From Candidatus Micrarchaeota archaeon (GTDB taxonomy: Archaea > Micrarchaeota > Micrarchaeia > Anstonellales > Bilamarchaeaceae), in the NCBI GenBank assembly GCA_018304385.1, contig JAGVWJ010000009.1, positions 1-47,795 on the forward strand: a DNA stretch of 47,795 bases, given 5' to 3'. The notes under the pieces were generated by a model. It worked only from the letters and a program-made list of their open reading frames with translations, was not told the DNA's origin and ran no database searches. Below, in pieces: positions 36,194 to 45,262 of this stretch (positions are counted from its first letter, which is position 1; each line of letters starts with the position of its first letter). The position numbers and the translations under genes were made by a program.

Positions 36194-39100
36194 TTGGCAA
36201 CTCCTGTTCCTGTACAATTAAAAGATGAGGAAAAAAAGCTTAAACAAGCAATAAGAGGTATTAGTGCAATAGCTAGCGGCTTTAGAGAGATCGTCACTAA
36301 AATCAAAGAAAAGGATAAAGAAGGATATTTAGGAAAAAGAATTTATGAGATAGAAGAAAGATTACATAGTATAGAAATAGGGCTCAAGGATGCTGGTACA
36401 AGGCCATTAACATCACAGTTAATCTATGATTTGCAATCAAAACTAGAAACAATCAAAAAAGATATTGCCAGCTTGCAAGACGTAGTACAGCTGCTTCCTG
36501 GCAAAGAAGAAAAAACACCAAAGAAAACTATTATCCCAATACTTTTTGAATTAGAGCAGGCTGCTAGAAAATCACCTGAAGAATTTGCAAAGGTTTTAGT
36601 GAAATTTGAAAAGGCACTAGCAGAATTGGATGATGAGCAGAAAAAGCTCTTTATTAATTTTGTTTATAGCACAGAAGGTGCCTTTTCTTTACAGGTACTT
36701 TTGCGATTAGCAGAGGATTCAGCTAGACAAGATGGCACAGAAATTGGCAGTGTTGGGTATAATAAAAATGTTCTTGAAAAATTGGTTGAGATTGCAACTG
36801 CTATAAATGCTGCAGCAAAACAACGTGTTGCAGCCGGTGATAGCGTTTCTATTTATAGTATTACCTTAGCTGTTGAAAGAGCAGATATGGCAATAAGCCA
36901 GGCATTTTATAATGGAGAAATGAGAGGGCCTACATTTTCTATTGGGCCAAGCACTGGTGGTGCTCCTGCTGGAGCCCTTGCAGGTTATCAATCAGCCATT
37001 GAAACACTAGGCAAGTTAACAGCATTAATAGAAGGAAAACAATCGAAATATCTAAAGCAAATAATAGCTGGCCATCTAATGGAATTCTTAAAAACTAGAC
37101 ACTTGCTATCTCCAGAAGCCTTTAGTGAAGAGCTTATGCAGCCTGGCAAAGATGCTGAAAGAAAGGCACATACTGAAAAGCATTCTATGTATGGCTTGTT
37201 TAAGGAATACATGCAAAGATTTGTTGGTGAGGAGCTTACGGCAGTAAACTTCCTAGAACACTTTGAGAACTTTATAAGAGATTTTAATAAAATGTATATA
37301 CGCGCAGATAGGCTAAATGGCATTAACAATATGCTAAATAAGGAAGGATTTACAATAAACCTTTTTGCTTTATATAATAGTATTAGCGAGCGATTTGGAG
37401 AGGAACATTTTCTTAATGTAATGCATCATTTGTATGATTATTCTGATGACAATTTAGATAAACTTTTAATGGCATTAATAAAAGAAAAGAAAGGCGAGGC
37501 ATTAAACGAAAAAGAACAAGAATTGGTTACTCTCTATTTTGAAAAACTCATTCCGCTTTTAGCTACTGGGATTGCGCCAAGAATGATAAGCGCTGGTGTT
37601 AGCCCTGCTAAGATAGAACAATTACTTGCAAATGTAAGCTTTACTGATGTGCAAGTAGTTATTACTGCATGGCTTGACGCGCTTTCTGCTGGATATAATT
37701 CGCCATTGCTTAATACAATTGTAGATAGGATGATTGAGGTTTCTGCAAAAAATCCTAGATTGTTGAAATGGTTTATGGCAGATGTTTATTTGCCGATAGT
37801 AAATCATTCATTTGATGATAAAACTATTGGGGATGCATTAGAAACATTTAGAGCGCAATTTACAGGCAGATTTGCTGGGTTAGGCAGAACAGATATAACA
37901 AACTATGAATATTATTTGATAAGAACAATATTTCATGATATACGCGCACGCATAGAAAGCGCACGTGTTGGATTTAAAAATTATGATTTACTTGGAAATA
38001 TTACACCAGAAACACCAGGAACACCAATAGAGATGGTTTGGCATAGGGTTACACACACGCCGCTTGATGCTACACTACGCAGATTTGGCGAGGCGTTTGC
38101 GCCACCGTTTAGACAGCCAGGTGAGCTTTCAATACTTGCTGGATATCAATGGCTTACTATTGCAGATACGCCAGAGCACGGCATTGTTGGCATATTTAAT
38201 ATTCAACTAAACGCAGATAGGATCAGAAAAATATTAGAAAAGAATCTTGTGCCATCTAAATTTATAGATGCAATAAATGTTCCTCCAATTGCAAGCGCAA
38301 GCTATCAGGCATGGGATTTGATACCTGCAATAATCGCTGCATTCCAGAACGTACCAGAGCGCTTTTCTGATTTATGGCTTTATTATAGCGCACTTGGTGG
38401 TTTGGCATTTACTGTTGCTGGCAAACAGATACAACCAGGTGGAGAAAAAGTAGAAGGTAGCCAAGAAATTGCTGGCGGTGGCGGAGGTATATTCGCAACA
38501 GGTGTTACGCCAACTGGTGGCGGCGAGGCAAGGATTACAATTAGTGGCGCGCAGAATGCAACCAATGATTCGCTTTATTATTTAGCGCATTTAGATGCTG
38601 CTGCAACTACTGTTAAGCTCGCTGGATTAAAAACAAGGGCAGCAAGCATAGTAGCAGACATAACTGGAACAGATGAAATAGTTCAAACTGCTAGACAACG
38701 TATGGAAGCAAACATGCGTGATGTTATTGGCGAGCATGACATGATTGTTATTGAACGATTTAATTATGACCGAGACCTTGATAACCGAGACCTTGAACCG
38801 GATTTCCTAGATCGTGTTGAAAGTGCAAAAACATACATTGTATTCATAGGAAAAGATGGAGAGCGTGTAGAGCTTAACTGGGATCATATAAAGGATAATG
38901 ATTGGTTCCAGGCACTATCAGCAAGAATCGATCAAGCATGGGCAGATTACTATAACACTGGACGTTATGAATATGGTACTGGAAATCAAGGGGCTGCAAT
39001 TGCAGTTGAGTTGCCTGATGCATTTGGCAAAACATTAACAGATGCTAGCGCTGCTAGTGTTAGCCGCGCATTGGAAAAGGTTTTTCCAGGGGATAAATAC

Positions 39101-40660
39101 ATAAATTGGGAGTATGGAACTGGCTTAGGTTATCGCATTAATGAAAAATGGGCAGTTGGTATTTTTGATACTGGATTAAAGCATATAGATGAAAACAAAT
39201 GGAGAACTGCTGTAAGCGCATTAGCTTATTATTTTGATCGCGATGCAATTGCGCGGTTTGGCGCAGGCACTGGTGCAATTGCTAAATTATTTAAAAATGC
39301 AGAGCCAATGGCTGCATTCTTTGCAACAGGTTATTATCATGGAAGAAAATTCTTTAATCATTTAATGGAACTTAGCGCAAACATGACATTTGATCAAAAA
39401 GTAGCGTATTTACTTGATCCAGAAAAAGAGCATAGGCTTGTAGCTAATGTTAATGCTGCTGTTGATCTGCTTGTTGGCCATCAGATTGATAAAGAAACTA
39501 GATACATATTGAAGCTTGCGCTTTTACATGCTGTTATCCAGCAATTTATGCAAGTAACAGGGCCTGATGGAAAAATGAAGGACCAGGAGATTGCGAATAA
39601 AACTGCAAAGGCATTATACTTATTCTTTGGTTATAAAAATGTTGCTGGATTAGGCGGAAGTGGCATTGTTCGCTTTATGTTTGGACCACCAGAAATGGAA
39701 TTACTTGCATTGTTTAATCGATGGCAAGAGCGCAATCTAACTGATCGAAGCGCTTTAATAAGCGGATACAAGAATCTGCTTAATCGCATGACGGATGTAA
39801 TTAAACTACAGGCAGAGTATGGAAAGGATAAGAGGTTATACCTTAATGTTTTTGCTGGAAACTTTGAACAGGCAATAAGCCAAACATCTACAGGACAGCC
39901 AATAGAAAGCGCAGAGCAGTTTAGGGCTGCTGGCGAGATTATTGCATATATAACTGATAAATTCTACTTGGGCGGTGCAGTGCGATACAGCCAGATGAAT
40001 TTTATTCAACGTGAAACAACACCATTAGGAGATCTTCTTGAAGAGGAAAATATTGAAAATTCTGAAAAGGTTCAAATACTTGATACAATTGTTACTGCAG
40101 GAGTAGATGGAAAAATTCGCGTTGATCTTGGTGCAACATGGAGCGATCAGGCAAATCTTGGAGCTGGCAAGCTAGCTGGGGTAATAGGAAGAATAATGCT
40201 TGGGTGGGAAGATTCTATATTAAGTATTGCTGGCTCGCACGCTGATCTTAAGCAATTAGAATCAACGCGTGGCGAGATAGTTTATTCAGTGCTTGTTGAT
40301 GGCCAACCATTTTATATTTCAGTTAATTATGTAAATAGAAAGATTAAAGTGCTAGAGACAAAACCAAAGGAGCACATTATTGATCTAACCACTAGCTTTG
40401 TTTTCAATAGGACAGAAGAAGGAAAATGGGAGGCAGTTATAGACCTCTTCAGCTATTTAAATAGGTTAAAAGAAATGCCCGGTGCGCAGCTTGGCGCAAT
40501 CTGGTCTGGCATTACAACTAGATTTGGTGCATTTGTTGGATGGCATGTGCCGCCAGGTGTCCGCCCTGGTATTCCAGATACTTATAATTTCATTAGCGGC
40601 AGGCCATATGATTTTCTTATTAGATTATTCATAATGCATAGCTGGGGCGTTTTAGAATAA
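36194..40660 (+). CDS. ~1488 aa giant protein with helical N-terminal part and beta-barrel-like C-terminal half
   Basis: Likely TTG start 36194 after GGTGAT (track 36170). Strands WEYGTGLGYRINEKWAVGIF, FYLGGAVRYSQ, RVDLGATWS, RFGAFVGWH; paralog of 26274-30350. Confidence 0.8.
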   Translation: MATPVPVQLKDEEKKLKQAIRGISAIASGFREIVTKIKEKDKEGYLGKRIYEIEERLHSIEIGLKDAGTRPLTSQLIYDLQSKLETIKKDIASLQDVVQLLPGKEEKTPKKTIIPILFELEQAARKSPEEFAKVLVKFEKALAELDDEQKKLFINFVYSTEGAFSLQVLLRLAEDSARQDGTEIGSVGYNKNVLEKLVEIATAINAAAKQRVAAGDSVSIYSITLAVERADMAISQAFYNGEMRGPTFSIGPSTGGAPAGALAGYQSAIETLGKLTALIEGKQSKYLKQIIAGHLMEFLKTRHLLSPEAFSEELMQPGKDAERKAHTEKHSMYGLFKEYMQRFVGEELTAVNFLEHFENFIRDFNKMYIRADRLNGINNMLNKEGFTINLFALYNSISERFGEEHFLNVMHHLYDYSDDNLDKLLMALIKEKKGEALNEKEQELVTLYFEKLIPLLATGIAPRMISAGVSPAKIEQLLANVSFTDVQVVITAWLDALSAGYNSPLLNTIVDRMIEVSAKNPRLLKWFMADVYLPIVNHSFDDKTIGDALETFRAQFTGRFAGLGRTDITNYEYYLIRTIFHDIRARIESARVGFKNYDLLGNITPETPGTPIEMVWHRVTHTPLDATLRRFGEAFAPPFRQPGELSILAGYQWLTIADTPEHGIVGIFNIQLNADRIRKILEKNLVPSKFIDAINVPPIASASYQAWDLIPAIIAAFQNVPERFSDLWLYYSALGGLAFTVAGKQIQPGGEKVEGSQEIAGGGGGIFATGVTPTGGGEARITISGAQNATNDSLYYLAHLDAAATTVKLAGLKTRAASIVADITGTDEIVQTARQRMEANMRDVIGEHDMIVIERFNYDRDLDNRDLEPDFLDRVESAKTYIVFIGKDGERVELNWDHIKDNDWFQALSARIDQAWADYYNTGRYEYGTGNQGAAIAVELPDAFGKTLTDASAASVSRALEKVFPGDKYINWEYGTGLGYRINEKWAVGIFDTGLKHIDENKWRTAVSALAYYFDRDAIARFGAGTGAIAKLFKNAEPMAAFFATGYYHGRKFFNHLMELSANMTFDQKVAYLLDPEKEHRLVANVNAAVDLLVGHQIDKETRYILKLALLHAVIQQFMQVTGPDGKMKDQEIANKTAKALYLFFGYKNVAGLGGSGIVRFMFGPPEMELLALFNRWQERNLTDRSALISGYKNLLNRMTDVIKLQAEYGKDKRLYLNVFAGNFEQAISQTSTGQPIESAEQFRAAGEIIAYITDKFYLGGAVRYSQMNFIQRETTPLGDLLEEENIENSEKVQILDTIVTAGVDGKIRVDLGATWSDQANLGAGKLAGVIGRIMLGWEDSILSIAGSHADLKQLESTRGEIVYSVLVDGQPFYISVNYVNRKIKVLETKPKEHIIDLTTSFVFNRTEEGKWEAVIDLFSYLNRLKEMPGAQLGAIWSGITTRFGAFVGWHVPPGVRPGIPDTYNFISGRPYDFLIRLFIMHSWGVLE

Positions 40661-40690
40661 GTTTTTAAACCTCCTAAACCTAGTTTATTT

Positions 40691-41545
40691 ATGGTTTTCT
40701 CATTAGAACGCATTCTATTCAGCGCAATAGCATTGCCGGGCGAGCAGATAAGAATAGCAATAGCCTTGCTTGGTTTATTGGCAACAACATACTTTGATTT
40801 ATTCAACAAGCGCAACGTACCGAATAATTTGCTTTATGCATTTCTGGGTGCAGCAATTGCATTAAATCTATTATTTTATGAGCAGGACATTTTTCTACTC
40901 TCAATAATTGTTTCAATACCAATCGCATTTTTATATATCCCGTATAAAATGGGGCAGATTGGTGGGGCAGATGTACTCGTGCTATTAGCAATAAACTTTG
41001 CATTGCCTATTCATCCTTCTCTTTCGCAACTTAGCTTTAATTTTCCGTTTATTGCAAGCACATTTGTTTTTTCTGGTGTGATATTTGCGTTATATTTTCT
41101 AGTGAATTTCTCGACTAAGCTTCTGAGGCTTAATGCAAAGCCAAATATGTTAGCATTTGCATTGCTTATTCCATACGCTGCATTAGCTTACCTATATATT
41201 AACTCACCATTATACTCACCAATTTATCTGGCTTTTATATCAATTATGCTGTTTTCTTCAATGTTTTTCATTGCATATCGTAACGATGTATACAAGTTGC
41301 AGGCACAGAAGATTGCTTTGAGCAAGGCAGAACAAGAGGATGTACTTGCGCTAGAATTAATGGATCAGGATTTTGTCAAGAAAAATAAACTGCAGAGATT
41401 GCTAACGCAAAGCGAATTGGTGCGATTAAAAAAATTAAAGATAAAGGAACTTTGGGTCTATACTAAATTGCCGCCATTTTTACCATTTTTGCTGGTTGGA
41501 TTTATACTTGCCTTATTTTATAGTAAACACCTACTGTTATTTTAG
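40691..41545 (+). CDS. A24-family prepilin/class III signal peptidase
   Basis: Catalytic Asp motifs YFDL and IGGAD, multiple TM helices, C-terminal PPFLPFLLVG. Confidence 0.85.
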   Translation: MVFSLERILFSAIALPGEQIRIAIALLGLLATTYFDLFNKRNVPNNLLYAFLGAAIALNLLFYEQDIFLLSIIVSIPIAFLYIPYKMGQIGGADVLVLLAINFALPIHPSLSQLSFNFPFIASTFVFSGVIFALYFLVNFSTKLLRLNAKPNMLAFALLIPYAALAYLYINSPLYSPIYLAFISIMLFSSMFFIAYRNDVYKLQAQKIALSKAEQEDVLALELMDQDFVKKNKLQRLLTQSELVRLKKLKIKELWVYTKLPPFLPFLLVGFILALFYSKHLLLF

Positions 41546-41553
41546 TGATTGAC

Positions 41554-42759
41554 ATGCAAATTGTAAGAATTGTTGAGTATTCAATTGCTTTTATTACATT
41601 ATATTTCACAGTATTCATTATCCTACTTTATATAAAATATCGCAATAGTGTTTCTGAGAAACCAAGGATAGATAAAAAATTTACACCGCGTTTAAGTGTG
41701 ATAATACCAGCATTCAATGAAGAGGACACCTTAGAACACTGTGTAAAGAGCTTAGTAGATGCAGATTACCCAAAAGAAGAGTTAGATATTATAATTGTTG
41801 ACGATGGATCTAAAGATAAAACATATGCAATAGCAAAATTACTTTCTAATAGATATAAAAACGTAAGATGTTTCACAAAAAAGAACGAAGGCAAGGCAGC
41901 TGCGCTTAATTATGCGATAACAAGGGCAGATGGCGAGATCATTGCAACGCTTGATGCAGATTCTTTCATAGAGAAGGATACCATTTGGCGTATGCTACCT
42001 TATTTTAAAGATAAAGAAGTTGCTGCAGTAACTGCTGCAGTCAAAGTCAATGAACAAAAAAATAAGGGCAAGGCAATTTTGGAGTTTATACAAAAAATAG
42101 AATACTTATTTACGCTATTCTCAAGAAAGGTCTTAGTGTTTATAGAAGCAGTTACAGTTACACCAGGTCCATTCAGCATGTTTCGCAGCTGGGTATTTAA
42201 GAAAGTTGGGATGTTTGATACCAAAAGCATATTAGAGGATCAGGAAATTGCATTACGCATCCAAAAGCACAACTATAAAATAAGAAGCTCGATGGATGCT
42301 GGTGTTTATACTGAGATACCAAGAAATTTCAATGAATTACTAAAACAAAGAATAAGATGGCATAGGGGCGGATTTCACAATACGTTAAAGTATCTTAGTT
42401 TAATTTCTCCAAGATACGGGGATTTTGGCCTTATAATAATGCCACTTACGTTTATAGCAATCATCACTTTATTCGGCGTATTCTTTGTTGCTATTGCAAA
42501 TATTTTTACCCAACCATATTACTTCAGATATCTCGGATTAGAAGCATCCCTACTTAGCCTTACCCCAATACATATTGTTGGATTAATTATACTCGCATTA
42601 AACGTTCTTTGGATTGCGTGGGGTTTGCTCCAGTTTAAGAAAGAAAAAATAAGTGCATGGCAGCTCATCATTTATATAATTTCTTATTCTTATCTTCTAA
42701 CAATATACTGGACAGCGGCAATAATAAAGGAAATAAAAATGGAAAAACCGAGTTGGTGA
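41554..42759 (+). CDS. Processive GT2 glycosyltransferase (IcaA/PgaC/cellulose-synthase-like)
   Basis: IIPAFNEE, DDGS, GKAAALN, DADS, ED, QRIRW (QxxRW), N- and C-terminal TM helices. Confidence 0.92.
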   Translation: MQIVRIVEYSIAFITLYFTVFIILLYIKYRNSVSEKPRIDKKFTPRLSVIIPAFNEEDTLEHCVKSLVDADYPKEELDIIIVDDGSKDKTYAIAKLLSNRYKNVRCFTKKNEGKAAALNYAITRADGEIIATLDADSFIEKDTIWRMLPYFKDKEVAAVTAAVKVNEQKNKGKAILEFIQKIEYLFTLFSRKVLVFIEAVTVTPGPFSMFRSWVFKKVGMFDTKSILEDQEIALRIQKHNYKIRSSMDAGVYTEIPRNFNELLKQRIRWHRGGFHNTLKYLSLISPRYGDFGLIIMPLTFIAIITLFGVFFVAIANIFTQPYYFRYLGLEASLLSLTPIHIVGLIILALNVLWIAWGLLQFKKEKISAWQLIIYIISYSYLLTIYWTAAIIKEIKMEKPSW

Positions 42760-42761
42760 AT

Positions 42762-43457
42762 TTGACTTCTAAAAATACTCCACGTTCTTTTTCTGCCCCG
42801 TTATACATACTCGCATTCATTATCACCATTGTTATATTTGGAATAGGCGTATACGTTGGTACACTCTTTGATAAGAGTAATCTATCAAGGATATCATCTG
42901 ATGTTGAAAGTACACTACAGCGACTTGAAAGCGCGCAAATCCTGCTGTTTTTGGACGATTCTGCATCTTTTTGTCCAGTATACAAAACCGAACTTGAGAA
43001 ATTGGAAAGAGATACAGAACTCATTGGCCATAGACTAAATCTACTTAGTGATAAAGGCGCAACTGATATTGAATTAAAAAAACAATATTTTGTTTTAGAG
43101 GCTCAAGGTTATCTGCTTTCGAAAAAGGTTAATGAGAGATGTAATGTAAATGATACACTAGTACTGTATTTCTATTCAAATAAAAACTGTGAAAAATGCG
43201 CTGCCCAAGGAGAAGACTTATTAAGATCAAGAGATCAACTTAGTAACAGCATAGATAAACGTATAAAATTCTATTCATTTGATGGTGATTTAGGCAGTGC
43301 AGTAGCAGATGCGCTTAAGCAAAAACATTATGTTTATGAATATCCAACGATTGTTGTGAATGATAAGGTTTATCGTGATTATCAGGATGTAGATACATTA
43401 GTTAAGATCTTTAGCGGGCAGTCGGCAATCAGCAGTGGGCCGAGGACTGATGGCTGA
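42762..43457 (+). CDS. Membrane-anchored thioredoxin-fold protein
   Basis: Likely TTG start 42762 after GGTGA (track 42657 overlaps the GT2 gene). One TM, coiled coil, YFYS-CEKC, YEYPTIVVN. Confidence 0.65.
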   Translation: MTSKNTPRSFSAPLYILAFIITIVIFGIGVYVGTLFDKSNLSRISSDVESTLQRLESAQILLFLDDSASFCPVYKTELEKLERDTELIGHRLNLLSDKGATDIELKKQYFVLEAQGYLLSKKVNERCNVNDTLVLYFYSNKNCEKCAAQGEDLLRSRDQLSNSIDKRIKFYSFDGDLGSAVADALKQKHYVYEYPTIVVNDKVYRDYQDVDTLVKIFSGQSAISSGPRTDG

Positions 43458-43474
43458 AAGCTGAAGGCAGTAAC
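43419..43474 (+). repeat. Heptamer mini-array with self-complementary halves (x8)
   Basis: cagtcgg caatcag cagtggg ccgagga ctgatgg ctgaaag ctgaagg cagtaac, then ATG 43475. Confidence 0.7.
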
Positions 43475-44251
43475 ATGAAACGCTTTCCAATTATTTTTAT
43501 TTTAATTCTCGCTCTTTTTTTCTTATTTTATAAAAATCCTTGCGCAAAGCCGTATATTACCTTTAATTTTGACGATGCGTATAGTGATCAGTTTACAAAT
43601 GCCTTTCCAATATTTCAAAAACATAATATAGCTGGTGTTGTTTTTGTTCCAACAGAGCTAGTCGGTAGCGAGTTTGAAAATCATAGTTTGATGAATTGGC
43701 AACAACTTGCACAGCTAAAAAATGCTGGTTGGGATATTGAAAGCCATGGCGTCTCTCATAGTAGTTTTACTGATATGAAAATAAGCGAGGTTATCAATGA
43801 ATTAACTGAATCAAAAAGAATGCTTAAAGAACATGGTTTTGATACCAAAATAATCGCAATTCCATATGGGAATTATAGTGATGATACTAAAAAAATTGTT
43901 AGCGAATATTATACTGCCGCTCGCGCAAGTGAATGGGGCCATAATTCTCTCAAATGTATGGATGGGGGTTGCGCTAGGGGTTCGCCCCTGGCATTTGACA
44001 GATATGATCTAAAATCTGTTTGGATGTTTAATGATACATCTATAGAAACTATGAAATCTTGGATAGATGAAACCGCAAAAAATAATTATTGGACAATTAT
44101 ACAAGTGCATTTGGTTCGCGAGGATTTGAGTTGGAAATATACTATTTCACCAGATAATCTAGATGAGCTCGTTGCTTATATAAAATCTAAAAATGTAGAA
44201 GTAAAAACAATATCTGATGTTTTAGATATGCATTGTGATGATCATGAGTGA
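43475..44251 (+). CDS. Polysaccharide deacetylase (NodB/CE4), signal-anchored
   Basis: ITFNFDDAY, IESHGVSH, IPYG motifs; N-terminal hydrophobic anchor. Confidence 0.9.
   Translation: MKRFPIIFILILALFFLFYKNPCAKPYITFNFDDAYSDQFTNAFPIFQKHNIAGVVFVPTELVGSEFENHSLMNWQQLAQLKNAGWDIESHGVSHSSFTDMKISEVINELTESKRMLKEHGFDTKIIAIPYGNYSDDTKKIVSEYYTAARASEWGHNSLKCMDGGCARGSPLAFDRYDLKSVWMFNDTSIETMKSWIDETAKNNYWTIIQVHLVREDLSWKYTISPDNLDELVAYIKSKNVEVKTISDVLDMHCDDHE
43963..43997 (+). repeat. GC-rich hairpin element, copy 2, in-frame inside the deacetylase gene
   Basis: TGGGGGTTGCGCTAGGGG-TTCG-CCCCTGGCATTTG, encoding GGCARGSPLA. Confidence 0.8.
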
Positions 44252-45239
44252 GGCATTAAAACGAATTGAAGCTGTAGATGTTTTTCGCGGGATAATAGTA
44301 ATCAAATTCCTATTTTCAAATGCGCTTGGGTCATTTACACGCGAAAGTGAGATTCCATTTGCATTAAAGCATAATCAAGGCAATGCATTACTGCTTAGTG
44401 ATTTTACTGCTGCGCTTTTCGCATTCTTAATTGGAATTGGATTAGCAATTTCTTATTCTCGCAGAATAGCTAAGGGGCAAAAACTATCTGAAATATTTAT
44501 TGCTTATGCCAAAAGGTTTGGAATGCTACTAGTTGTTGGTTTAATTCTTGATAGCGTAAGTTACTCAAAACTCACGACCCAAAACCCAGAACTAATTGTG
44601 GCTTGGGGCGTTTTGCAAACACTTGCTGTTGCGGGCGCGATAGCAGCATTGACGATTTTATTTAGCAATGCAATACGAATTGCTATTGCATTGGTTATTT
44701 TGCTCGTTTACGGTTATCTACTACTAAATAACGCCTCGTTCTTTGATCTAATTAATAAAAGTTTGCATGGCGGACCAGTAGGCGCAATATCATTTGGTGC
44801 GATTTCAATATTTGGATTAATTGCTGGTTCGATAGTTCTGCAAAAAAGCGAGTGGCAAAAATTACAAAAACTATCTTTAATTGCAATTGCGCTTTTCGCA
44901 TTAGCAATGTTTGTAAGTACAATAATTCCATTTAACAAATTGTTAGTAACCCCAAGCTACTCATTAATTACAAGCGCTGTTGGCTTTGCATTAATGGCGA
45001 TTATTTATTACATGGTAGAGATCAAAAAAGTAAATAGCTCTATAATTAAAAAATTTGGCGCAAATGCATTATTCGCATGGATAATCCAATATCCATTAAT
45101 TTACTACCCATTAGGAAAGCTGTATAAGTTTCAATTTGCAAGTTTTCTAGAAGGCATGGCGCTTTCGCTAGCATTTGTAATTGTTGTTTATGTGCTGATA
45201 ATCTTTGCTGAGAAAAAAGGAATACGATTAGCGTTATAA
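44244..45239 (+). CDS. HGSNAT-like (DUF1624/DUF5009) membrane acyltransferase
   Basis: RIEAVDVFRG, FAFLIGIGL, WGVLQTLA, KLLVTPSY; about 10 TM helices. Confidence 0.8.
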   Translation: MSEALKRIEAVDVFRGIIVIKFLFSNALGSFTRESEIPFALKHNQGNALLLSDFTAALFAFLIGIGLAISYSRRIAKGQKLSEIFIAYAKRFGMLLVVGLILDSVSYSKLTTQNPELIVAWGVLQTLAVAGAIAALTILFSNAIRIAIALVILLVYGYLLLNNASFFDLINKSLHGGPVGAISFGAISIFGLIAGSIVLQKSEWQKLQKLSLIAIALFALAMFVSTIIPFNKLLVTPSYSLITSAVGFALMAIIYYMVEIKKVNSSIIKKFGANALFAWIIQYPLIYYPLGKLYKFQFASFLEGMALSLAFVIVVYVLIIFAEKKGIRLAL

Positions 45240-45262
45240 ATCTTATTCTCTATTACTAAATT

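Noticed and set aside
38769-38796. 13 nt direct repeat with period 15 (DRDLDNRDLE)
   Set aside because: Single small in-frame duplication in a loop; no further structure.
17392-40660. Prophage, provirus or contractile injection system interpretation
   Set aside because: No recognisable capsid, terminase, portal, sheath, tube, baseplate or integrase, and housekeeping genes (trm56) are interspersed.
40661-41545. A24 peptidase as part of the giant-gene operon
   Set aside because: It has its own TATA-like TTTTAAA about 21 nt upstream and no class III substrate is visible among the giants.
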